Source: Cycas panzhihuaensis
Taxonomy: Eukaryota > Plantae > Cycadophyta
Assembly: GCA_023213395.1 (NCBI GenBank)
Contig: CM041465.1
Coordinates: 211,551,741 to 211,615,740, forward strand
DNA length: 64,000 nucleotides
Direction of reading: 5' to 3'
Made by a program: the position numbers and the translations under genes. This document shows, piece after piece, positions 39,590 through 50,429 of the stretch. A model generated the notes under the pieces. It was not told where the DNA came from and made no database searches. It saw nothing but the letters and a program-made list of their open reading frames with translations. Position 1 is the stretch's first letter. Each line of letters opens with the position of its first letter.

Positions 39590-40130
39590 GAATGCCCATG
39601 TAATACGTTGGGTCTTAAAATCTTTATCTATTTCTTATTGGATTGGTCAAAGGAGGTTGATTGTTTCATGGACACTTTCCTTATGCATCTTCATCTTGTT
39701 CATCTTTAAGACTATATGAATAAATTCAAGGTCAGACTTTGCATCTAAATTCTTTTTAAGAACCTCAAGGACTTTCTAGGCTATAGCGTACTGTTCTTTA
39801 TCAATTAAATTATGCAGGGAGTGATCAGTTACTAATAGAATGCCTACATAAATTTTCTCATTATCAATTTCCCATTATAATTTAGTTATAGGTTTTACTG
39901 GAGCTACATGTGGTATTCCTCTAGAGGGAAGTACTATTGCTATCATAGGAATGACAGATGCAAGTTCTAGATGGGCTCTCCAATGACCTTCATACTTAGT
40001 AATATTCTTGACTCTGGTATACCATAGATCCCAATTATCTTTCCTTTTTAAGATGTAGTTTATATTCTACTTAAATTGAAAACACATGGTGAAGATGATA
40101 AAGTAAAAGAGATAATGAATAAATAGTAAA
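39590..40130 (-). pseudogene. Copia-3 gag N-terminus
   Basis: rc ILKGKDNWDLWYTRVKNITKYEGHWRAHL, homologous to Copia-2 11030-11118. Confidence 0.85.
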
Positions 40131-42129
40131 TAAAAATGCCATTGACATGTGTGGCTGATACACTTGACGCAATAGGAAAAAATATGATTAAGTGGTAAGG
40201 AATGATAATAGGTCACTAACACTTATGGTAAATACTCTGGATATAGTAGGGTTTGGTGATATGCATAAATGGTAAAATAAGGATCACAAAGATAAATAAT
40301 GTGTTATATGATTATAAAATCAAGATTATACCTTTGTAGAACCCGGCATGTAGGTGTACACAATTAAAAAACTAAGTCTACTGTAGGATATATGATCAAA
40401 CCCAAACCTTTATCTTAAGTCTAAAGTAGTTGAGGTGTTGATACCTAAGGGGGCTTCTAACATGTACATTAAAGCCTTCACTTATAAAACTTGTACCTAT
40501 ACTTGGTGATAAAATATAAGTCACAATGGAGCCCAAGTACTTTAGTCTTCACCCAATTCACTAGTAAGCAGTTATATACCCCCTCTAAAAAGTCAAATAG
40601 TATGTACATATGCCATAACTATGATGGATATTTGACTAAGTATATTTTAATCTTGATTAAAGTTTTCAATTTTCCTAAGTGGTTATCAAGATTATCCCTG
40701 ATTAGAGGCCATAAGAATGGCTAACCTGTCCCTCTAGTATTATTCTATTTAAGACTAGACCCAGTATGAAACTCACACATCCATTAGGGCCTAGACTTTA
40801 GTCAACTGTGGCCTATTTCAACCAAGGCGAGCATACACACAAATTAAGAACTGGCAGTATAAGTCATACGGATGAGATTCCTTTTTAGAAATAATGCAAG
40901 TTATTTTTTAATAACTTAAACTAATAACAGGAATGGAAAAATGCCCTTACCTTCTATGTTTGCTTTGCTATTGTTATTATTTTATGTGTTGCTTTATACT
41001 ATGTATGGAAATAGAAAGAGCATACTAGATTTAGTAGAGGAACCAGATGTTACTTCTGATCCAAGGTTTCTCTTAATTTAGTATAATGTTTCCAAATATA
41101 TTTTTAAAAATTTCAATATAAAAGCCACAAAGGGCTGAAGAGTAGATCAAATTTTCACTAAAATACTGATTTTTTTAAGTCTAGATGCATGCTATTTTGT
41201 CTTATTTTGTGATTTTTTTCTTATAAATTTTATAAATAATAATAATTGGTTAAAATTTTCTAAAAATTATAAATATGGAAGCCTAAATAATGGATTTTAA
41301 ATTTATGATAGGAAAAAAAAATGTTTAAAATGTTATTTCTGATAAGATAGTGAAGTCAAATTTCTAAAAAGACATGAAAAATAATTACTTGAAAAAAGCA
41401 CAAAAGCACAATCTTAATAGATTCATTGTCTTAGAATCCAAACTTCAAAATGTTAAAAGCTTTATATTAACATGTACATCAACTTTTTCTTCTGCATCAT
41501 ATTCAAAAATGGAAAAAAAACTACCTGAAATGCCCTCATAACATTTTTTTGTGGGGTTGAGTAGGTAAATTCAGCATCCGTCAGAAAATTGCAAAGATCT
41601 CATTAACCAGTAGATGAAATTTGATGAGATTTATCTCAACATTCTCCTGAGATATAAATCTACTAGATCCCTTAAGAAAACCTTTAGATTTTTAGCTTAT
41701 ATTTAAAGGATTTCATTGAAAGAAGTGCCTTAGGTTACTTACTCATAAATTTTGATCTTTTTCTTAAGCCAAAACTCTCTGTTGCAGGCTAAATCTAAAG
41801 ATGCTTTAGAAGACAAAAATGATCCTCTTGGCAAGATGAATCTACACATCAAATTTTAAAAAAATATGATATGGTTAATTTTTTCATAAAATTTTAGGCC
41901 TTCAATGCTTCCAAGGTTTTTTCAGTAATCAAACAGTTTAAAAAATTTATCTTTTTCACCTCAAAAATTCTACACACATAGAAAATATAAAAACATATAA
42001 AATAATATAATTTTAAGCTCTCTAATACAAAATAAAGTTCTCAAATAAGTTCTCAACCTCATATGAATTGTGAGTGAAAGGTATTAATGGCTTCGTACAA
42101 GTCTAGTGGGGAAATGTGGTCAACAATGA

Positions 42130-42140
42130 CTCTGATACCA
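42130..42140 (-). promoter_or_regulatory. PBS (tRNA-iMet) of Copia-3
   Basis: CTCTGATACCA = rc TGGTATCAGAG, 2 nt from the LTR. Confidence 0.92.
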
Positions 42141-42142
42141 GT

Positions 42143-42444
42143 TGTTGGGTAAAGGATCTAGTTGTAACACTCCACTACACTAAAGTAATAGCACATAATA
42201 AGAGCAAAATAAAGAGAACAAGATTCAGAGCAAAAATGAGAGGTGAGAATTATGACTCTTCCTTTTACATTTAGCCTTATTAGAGGATGTGTATTAGAGT
42301 TTTCAAAAGAGTTTCCTGCCTAATGACATAATCCTAAAATTACACTTAAATATAAATGAAATTACATTTAACTATGTAACTTAGCTAATCTAAAGTCACC
42401 TTCATATAATTAATCTAATGACCTTGATGCATTAGCATCCATTA
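42143..42444 (-). repeat. Copia-3 5' LTR
   Basis: Direct repeat of 19778..20083. Confidence 0.95.
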
Positions 42445-42799
42445 GGGGATCCCTTAGTGGGGCAAGGTAGGAGGGATATTGAGTCCAATATTAAGCATCA
42501 TTGTGGGAGCATTGGCCATGAACATAATACCATCTCTTCTAAAAAGAGGGTTTTGGCCTCTTCTCTTATGAATGTTTGTGGCCCTCTTTTTTTGATTGTA
42601 TAGTTTGGGCAATCTAGTGGATTGACCTATACCTATATAAATGAACTTATGGCTTGCTAGGGGCTTGAGAGGGTTAGAGCTTCAAATCCTGACGTGCCCA
42701 TTTGAAGGAATGGATGATGGAGATAAATGAATCCATAGTCTTATAAAGAGTGTTAATAGAGGACTTTGATGATAGTTGTTATACCCTTTGGTTAAGTGA

Positions 42800-44900
42800 G
42801 GGAGGCGGTGCCTTATGACATTATGTATTTCTATTAATCTTCTTGAGATCAACTTAGATCTCAATAGATTCTAGGCCCAAGCACTTGGCTATGGCTAAAT
42901 CACATGTCATTATTTACATCTTAAGGACCTTAGTGTGGACCTTATGGTATAAAGCATTGATGAAAATATCTCTCTTTAAATCCTCAAGAAATGTGGCCTT
43001 TGAGGAGTGGAGGAGATCATGGAATCAATGGATAAAGTCTCTATGAAGCTCATCTTGACCTTATTTGAGGGAGAGTAAGGCCTTAGTCCCACTCTCAAAT
43101 AGCCTCACAATATTGAAGTAGTTGACAAAGCAGTCAACTAATTATTGGAAGTACTGGATTAAGTGGGCTAAGAGATGGTAGAACCACTTGATAGCATGTC
43201 ATTAAAGTGACTTAGGAAACAACTTCACTAGAATGTGGTCATAGGCATAGTAATTGGTGCATGCCATAGAAAGTACCCTGATATGATTAGTAGGGTTCAA
43301 AGAGGAAGTGTTATCAAATTTGGGTACTTCTGTTAGGTGGGGAGATAAGTTGGTTCTTAAGGCATCTAAAGAGAAGGGCCTCGACTTGTAGTCCATGAAG
43401 GCATATTCCTTAAGTTGAACTAGAGAAACGTACAAGGGATATGAGGGTGATGGATAATATTTAGTTCTAATGTAACATAGATATAAAGGATAAGTAGGGT
43501 AGGAGATATGACCTCATTAGTGATGGGCATAAGTAGGATTGGGATAAGGTGTACCCCCTATTTGGTAAGGCAAAGTCATACCATGATAGGGATAAGTAGG
43601 ATACATGGGTGGTTGAGAGTGGCTCAAACCATCGTATGCGTGAACATGATAAGAAGAAGTGGCATAAGTCATTACCCCTTAAGGAGTGGGAGTTAGGAAA
43701 GTTAGCATGAGAGGTACCATAGGTGCCCCTCGAAAGGGATGAGAAGATGGGGTCAGTTGAGAGACATAAGGCATGGGGTATGGAAGGGTTTTTTTCCTGA
43801 AAAGGTCCCCCAATAGGAAGAGCTACCCCATAGGGATGGAGGGGGTTCCACCCTACAAGTGGGGAGATGATGAGACCCTCCATGCCTCCATTGTTGGGAT
43901 GTGTATATGGGTGGGACATAGAGTGATAAGTCTACATGATATGGGTGAGGGCAAATAGGCGGTCCTCCTCCATATCCCATGTATCAAGGATGAGGGATGG
44001 ATAAAGCAATAGGTAGAATTGAGGTTATGCTCAGTTAGGGAATTATTATTTGTAATGGGGGGATGCTTATTGTAGCTTGGGAATGGACTTGGGTTAGTGT
44101 AGGCCCTCTCCTAAGTGAATTGCTTATAGCAATAGATGTTATGATCACATCTTAGGAAAGTACAATGGTGCTCTGAGTGGAAGTAGAGTGGGGATGGGGG
44201 GAGGAGGGGGGGGGGGGTGGTGGATTGGGATGGAGATCATAGTAGAGCTAAATAATAGGTGTTAGGCCTACTGAGGGGTAGCATTTCCTATTATTACTTC
44301 ATGCTCTAAGTGGAAGTGGAATGGGGAGGAGGGGAGGAAGGCGGGGGGGGGGATTGGGATGGAGATCATAGTAGAGCTGAATAATAAGTGTTGGGCCTAC
44401 TGACGGGTAGCCTTTCATGTTATTGCTTCAAAATGGACCCATAGTGTCTTTATGGTATCCCATAATGGGATGTCAGTCTGATCAAAAGAGGGGGAATACC
44501 CTTCTTGCTAACTTAAGTAAGGGGAAAAAGGAAGAGGAACCTATTTGAGATCTAGAATAGGGTCATGAGGAGGTATTCCCTTAATTATATGGATGTGGGG
44601 GGCAATCACATTTTGATAGAACTTGTTGGGCTCATATAGATAGTGTGTTATGCCACTACCTACATGGGCAGGATCCTTATAAGGAAATAGTTCCTTAGAT
44701 TGATGCTAATCTTGGGCATATGGATCATATGCCCAATCGACATGATGAACTACCATAGGTGAATCTTGAGCACTCAAAGAGATAGGGGTGTATGAAGGGT
44801 CAATATCTAAGGGTAGAAGGCCTCGTAAGTGACAACAAAAGCATCGTATTCAAAGTCTAACCAACTAGTTTAGATGTGTAACGTATAAGGAAAGGTCCTT
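42800..44900 (-). pseudogene. Tat-A gag (Pro-rich N-terminus and retrotrans_gag domain)
   Basis: EVPKFDNTSSLNPTNHI..ILVKLFPKSL (43202..43435) followed by AIKWFYHL..FQ*LVDCFVNYF, homologous to the Tat-B gag. Confidence 0.82.
44170..44430. repeat. ~132 bp tandem duplication with G-runs in the Tat-A gag region
   Basis: Two copies of CTCT(G/A)AGTGGAAGT..GGATTGGGATGGAGATCATAGTAGAGCT..TTATT(A/G)CTTCA. Confidence 0.9.
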
Positions 44901-45009
44901 GTGTGTTAGAAATTGAGCACCCTAACTAAGCAAAAATGAAGCAAAGAGATAAGAAGACCTAGATGTATTAAAAGACTTCCTAGTAGTGAGTCACTAGTAT
45001 GGTTACCTA

Positions 45010-47504
45010 TGAAACATATGAGGCTAGACGGGTAGATTATAAGCTACTTACCAATGATAAAAGACCTAGGGTGTGGAGGCCAAATGCATGGGAAAGTGAA
45101 CTAACAACCCTAATTAAGGCATATATGTGCCTCTTGAGTGTGAGTGTGAGGAAATACTATGCACTAGATAATGAAATTGAGGCTAAACTAGGGCAATTAT
45201 AATGGTGCGTGCATGTAGATGAACGTATTGTTTTGGTTTTGGGGGCCTATGGAAAACTAAGGAGGAAGGAAGCACATACCTATATATAGTTATATGCCTT
45301 TTTGTTTTTATGAAAAGTAACAAGTGAATCCTATCTAAGACACAATGTTACTCCATAGGTTTAGGAACTCACAACCGTGTGATCCCTTCTCTTATTTGGC
45401 CTTATAACTAGATGACAAAATAAAGATCAATGCATCTAACATTTCATGTAAATGTAATGCACATGGGAAAGAAAATAAGAATGCCTTTCACTTTTTATTC
45501 TGGAGTTTTTTCTTATATTTTCTATTTTTTAGGGTTTTTTTCCTTCTTAATTAAGAGAGAGGAAAAAAACAAATAAAAGGTGTACAAAAAAAAAGTAAAA
45601 CCAATTTCTTTTCCTTTTCATTTTTCCTACACTTTCTTTTCCTTGGGCTTTTTTCTTTTTTAAAAGGGAAAAAGGGGAGATGAAGGGTATTTAGGGCAAA
45701 AAGGAATATTCTTAGATTCTTTTTCACTTACTTCTTAGATTAGTCCTAAACTTCTTTTTCTTCTCCTTTTCTTTTTTTCCTTTACTAAAAAGAAAGCAAG
45801 CTGAGATAAGTAGAAAAGATGTTATACCTAGTAGTAGTGGGATTTATCTATTGAGCAATGTCTTTCCTCAACTCATAGCGAACAATGTCAAGAAGATGGT
45901 CTTAATGGAAAATGCACTATAATACAAATCTAGAGCAAATCTAGCAATATTTCTTATTATTAAATATACTTATGATGTATTAAAAAATGTGATAAAGACT
46001 CTAAAAAATCTAAAAATATGCATTAAAGCTCAATGAGCTAACATATCTTTTTTGGGAAGCCAATGCTAAAGAAGAACTTTGGTAGAAGCACCCAAGCTCT
46101 TGGCTAATGATAAAGAGAAGTCTTAACCTCATTCCTTCCTACAATAGAGTTAGTATACCTACAAGACAATTATTAGCCAAGAATATAATAAAATATGCAT
46201 AATAACTTTAGCATATAATGTGAACAAAGGTGAACTAAAGTGATATCTAGGTTAACTAATAAGAAATGAGTTGGGGGGAAGGCGGGGGGGGGGGGGGGGG
46301 GGGGGGGGGTCAAAATAGCCAAAGTGTCCCCCTAATATATTAAACTTCTCAAGTAGTACTTGGGTGTTACCTCCCTTTGTAACTTCCTCTTTTGGATCTA
46401 TGGAAAAATACACACAAAGTAGGTTAACAAGAAGAATGTGATGCAAGGGAATGATTAAGCTACAAATATCAAGTTAAATGGAGAAAAACAAAGTGAAAAT
46501 AAGCAACAAAACATATGAAATAGTTACCATAAAGCAAGAGGAGGAGGATTACCTCTTCCTTTAATGATGGAGATGGCTAATGGTTGCTAGACTCTCCTCT
46601 AAGACTCACTCTTGCTACTAAAAGTATGTAGTCCTAAGGATGTAGTTATAAAGAAGGTATATAGATCAAGGTTGCTTAATTCTCATAGAATTTCAATAGC
46701 ATAATGGTGTGGTATATGACTTAACATGATCTCTCCCTTCTAATGAGAAAAATGGGGAGATATATAGATGAGGCCAAGTCTAAGGGAAATAATTTTCAAC
46801 TCACAATATGGGAGAAATCCATGAGTCTTGCTCATGGATTCAGACCAAAACCACATAGAGAAGATCAAAATGGGATGTGATTTAGTATATTAGGCTATCC
46901 AAATTTAATAGGCACTAATTTGGAACTGATGTAAGCTGTCCAAGACTATTAAGAAAGTATTTATGAGTTGATAATCATCAACAGATCCACATCTAGCTTG
47001 GTGGGAGTCATATCATAAAGATATTTACAGTACTACAAAATCATCTACAGTATCGTGAAATACTTTACGATACAATTGTTGCATACAAAATAGGTAGTAG
47101 TATGGTAGTATATTTAGTTTTCTAATAAAAAACTTATAAAACAAGCCAAAAATTCATGAATGTAGAGACCTAGATATAGAAGCGGTCAAAAGGGAATGAT
47201 AAACAACAAAAAACAAGAGAATCATTAAATCAAAATTAGGTAAAGAGGATGCTGCAAAGGGGATAAATATATGTTCTCACTTGAGGAGTTTGATGAGTGG
47301 ACTAATGGCTATCAATCAGAGTTGTACTTATTATCTGCTAAAAAATACATGGGCTACTACATTTAACAATCAAGTAAATGAAAGTATACATTCATTATCT
47401 ATAATCATGATATGTAAAATCAATGAAGTGTAAAGAGTAACAGACCATGCCTTCACTTACCTATTTGTTGTAGCATATATATCATTCCTATAAGCTGAGA
47501 AATA
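45010..47504 (-). repeat. Tat-A 5' LTR
   Basis: Direct repeat of 914..3359; degenerate PBS-like sequence at 44976-45008. Confidence 0.93.
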
Positions 47505-47509
47505 ATTAG

Positions 47510-49430
47510 AAATAGTCAAAATTAATCATGGTCTTAGTTTTATAATAGGGTTAGATAGTCCATTATATAGATATGAAGAGTGTCTTCTTGAATGGATATA
47601 TTGATTAGAAGATATATATCCAACAACCTAAGGGTTTTGAAGTGAAGAGTAAGGAAGATAAGGTTTATAAACTTAAATAAACCTTGTATGGACTCAAACA
47701 AGCACTTAGAACATACCACTCTAGGATTGATAAATACTTTAAGGATAAAGGATTTCTAAGGAGGCAACTAGACCCCAACTTATATATTGAGTTAAAAAAA
47801 AACTCAATATTGATTGTGGGTTTATATGTGGATGATCTAATATATACTATAGATTGTATTTACTTATTTTAAAATTTTAAGGAAGATATATACAAATAAT
47901 TTGAAATGATAAATTTAGGATTTATGCATTATTTCTTAAGCATTTAAGTATGGCAAGATGAAATAAGGGATATTTACATCACAAAGAAAATACATATTTG
48001 ATATATTATATAAATTTAATATGGCTAGTTGTAAGAAACTTATAACATCAACAAAAGTTGGGTTAAAATTTTCTAAGTTTGAGGGGTCTAAATTTGTTGA
48101 CCCTACTCTCTATAGGTAGTTGATTATGAGCCTTATTTACTTGACATCAACTCAACCAGACATTATGTATATAGTTAGTATATTTTCTAAGTTTATGCAT
48201 AAGTATAATGTAAAATATTTACAAGTACTTAAAAGGGTTCTTATGTATCTTAGAGGAATTATTAGGTATGGTCTACATTACAAGTTATTGCGGGATTGTA
48301 GGTTGATTATGTTGAGAAAATTATGTCCCAATAACCAGAAACTTCCATAAGATCTAAATTATTTTGTAACTAGTTACAAGAATTAAAACTAAAATTTAAC
48401 ATGAAAGTTCTTAAATAAGAGATAATATAATAAATAAATCAAAAATCCAAAGCATCACATATACACTAGATATAACATGGTAAAACCTTAGCAGTGTGCT
48501 AAGGAAACATCCATATAGGAAAGGTATCAATTTTTATTATCTACGAATGGAGAAATGTATATAATCTATAGCAGAATGCTCACAACAATAATAACTAGCT
48601 GCCTTTACTCAATATAGTACATCCAATATATCGAATACCATTAGTATAATAAAAAAACACTCTAAATCATACTATATGAGAGAGTAATGTAAGACACAAA
48701 TCTTGACTATCAAATATGGGATATTTTGAATGAATGGCCCAAATTCCCTTTACAATTTAGTATGTTTTATAATGCTAGTTTTTTAGGTCGGGGGTTACCA
48801 CCCTCAAACCCCTTCTTTGCATAGGGGGGTTCTGAATCCCCTCACACCCTATGGCCAAAGGGAGCTCTCGGCCCCCTTGGATCCTCTCATGAAACTTTTA
48901 GGAGAAAATTGTGCTACCAACCTGTTAAAATTTTTCTCCAAAACATTATTGTCATATTATCTAATAGATTGGTTATATAAACTTAGACTAGGTAGATTAT
49001 ATAAATGATAGAAAGTCTATTTTAAGTGATGCATTTAGTTTGGATTCAATGGTAGCAACATGGAGTTTAAAGAAATAGGCAAAGATATCTCTTTCTACCA
49101 TAGAAGCATAATATAAGGTAGTTGTAGTAGGATCTTATAAGATAGTTTGGCTTAAGAGATTAGTTTAAGATTTATAGGAGAAATAGATTGGTCCTATATA
49201 GTTGTTTTATGATAACTAGAGTATAATTTAAATGACTAAGAATCTAGTGTTTCATGTTATGACTAAGCATATTGAAAAATAATATCACTCTATTAGAGAT
49301 TTAGTGCAACAAGGTGAGTTAGAGTTAGTCTATTGCAACATAAAGAATTATGTGGTAGACATCTTCACAAAGGCGCTTAACAAATAAAATTCAAAAAAAT
49401 TAGAGATAAGTTTAGAGTCTCTCTATATAG
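47510..49430 (+). pseudogene. Copia-1 RT-RNase H, interrupted by solo LTR 48310..48966
   Basis: YGLKQALR, VGLYVDDLIY, SLIYLTSTQPDIMY; LIGY.N.D(W)...DRKS restored across the insertion; TKHIE, VDIFTKAL. Confidence 0.9.
48310..48966. mobile_element. Solo LTR (~657 bp) in the Copia-1 RNase H
   Basis: Starts TGTTG, ends CTAATA (decayed AACA). TSD GATTA (48305-48309) / GATTG (48967-48971). Excision restores the RNase H frame. Confidence 0.85.
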
Positions 49431-49447
49431 ATATTATGAGGGAGAAA

Positions 49448-49692
49448 TATTAGGATAATATCCACATTAGGACTACATGGCATATCTTTATATGTCAAGA
49501 TAATGAGACACTCTCTTTGGCATTTGTTAATGCCAAGTGATAGTGGACCCTAAGAGGTGTACCAATGCACTCGTAGTCCTACCTATTTATTTATAGGGTC
49601 CAAACCCCTAGTATTCATTAACACCACCTATATGCTTAGATCTTTCTTATCTATTTATGCTTTTATCTTTATGTTGCCCTTGGATACTTACA
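49448..49692 (+). repeat. Probable Copia-1 3' LTR
   Basis: Follows the PPT GAGGGAGA (49438-49445); starts T(A)TTAGG, ends CTTACA. The partner LTR is outside the window, so the right end is inferred. Confidence 0.6.
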
Positions 49693-49697
49693 TCTAT

Positions 49698-49699
<2 letters not shown>

Positions 49700-49776
<77 letters not shown>

Positions 49777-49815
49777 GATATATATATATATATTATATAT
49801 ATATATATATATATA
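49700..49815. repeat. (TA)n microsatellite, imperfect
   Basis: Directly visible; source of the spurious IYIYIY ORFs. Confidence 0.98.
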
Positions 49816-49932
49816 AATACTAGCTACATAAGTCAAAATGTCCATTATAATACCCACTATAACCAATATCAATCTTTCTTTATTTCCCCCTCTATAAGGT
49901 TTTATGTTCATCTATATCTTTAGTAGTTACTA

Positions 49933-50429
49933 TGAAGAGAAAATGTAACTGTAAAAGTAATGTATTAAAAAAACTCTAAACCATTAAAAGAACAAATATC
50001 ATAAAAAAACCAAATACATAACAAAGAACACGAGGAGATTTAGGTCTAAATATAGACCTTTTATTAATCTGAGTAATAGTTAAAGAATTATAGAGATGAA
50101 GACCCTAACTCTCCTCATTGACTCATCAAAGACTCATCTAACTTTTTTATATATGTCATTATATAAGAACATATGCAACACAACTTTATAATATACTACC
50201 TTATGGTTTTACAATACAATGGGCATAAACCATGGGTCGATAAAGACCCCTATAAAACACCCAAGAAGTTTTCTCGAGGGCTTCCACCCTCAAACCCCGA
50301 CCTAGGGGCCATTGGCCCCATAGAGACCCTAGTTGGGGTCCTTACAATGGGACCTTAGACCCCACAAAGGGGCTCAAGTGTAATGCCTATACCCATGTAA
50401 CACTTATAAAGTGTTTAACATATCAGACA
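49933..50429. mobile_element. Solo LTR (~497 bp)
   Basis: TG...CA termini with perfect TSD TACTA (49928-49932 / 50430-50434); shares a GC-rich CCACCCTCAAACCCC module with the solo LTR at 48310. Confidence 0.7.

Larger units (their letters stand above)
19778..42444 (-). mobile_element. Copia-3: full-length but decayed Ty1/copia related to Copia-2; gag interrupted by Tat-B
   Basis: ~305 bp LTRs at 19778..20083 and 42143..42444 (~12% mismatch). TSD GGGGA at 19773-19777 / 42445-42449. PBS (rc TGGTATCAGAG) 42130-42140; PPT (rc AAGGGGGGAA) ~20085-20094. Confidence 0.93.
914..47504 (-). mobile_element. Tat-A: Ty3/gypsy OTA/Tat-clade LTR retrotransposon with GAG-PR-RT-RH-INT and a 3' archaeal-type RNase H (TatIII-like); hosts Copia-2 and Copia-3
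   Basis: Direct repeats 914..3359 and 45010..47504. TSD GTTAG (909-913) / ATTAG (47505-47509); removing the element restores the Copia-1 RT sequence. gag, PR, RT, RH and INT remnants lie on the minus strand. Confidence 0.92.
1..49692 (+). mobile_element. Copia-1: old Ty1/copia LTR retrotransposon, 5' part outside the window, interrupted by Tat-A (914..47504) and a solo LTR (48310..48966)
   Basis: The integrase C-terminus (KLSDKSTKCIFIRYS...MSRDIICNE, ORF 237..440) and RT start (KGYAQVKGRDYNEIFA, ~850-900) rejoin RT at 47510 (VIRL|EIVK). Downstream are YGLKQA (47687), LYVDDL (~47822), RNase H (VDIFTK ~49355), a PPT and a 3' LTR. Confidence 0.9.

Noticed and set aside
46252-46446. Polyproline-containing ORF
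   Set aside because: Arises from the poly-G run inside an LTR
49557-49923. IYIYIY-rich ORFs
   Set aside because: Translations of a (TA)n microsatellite
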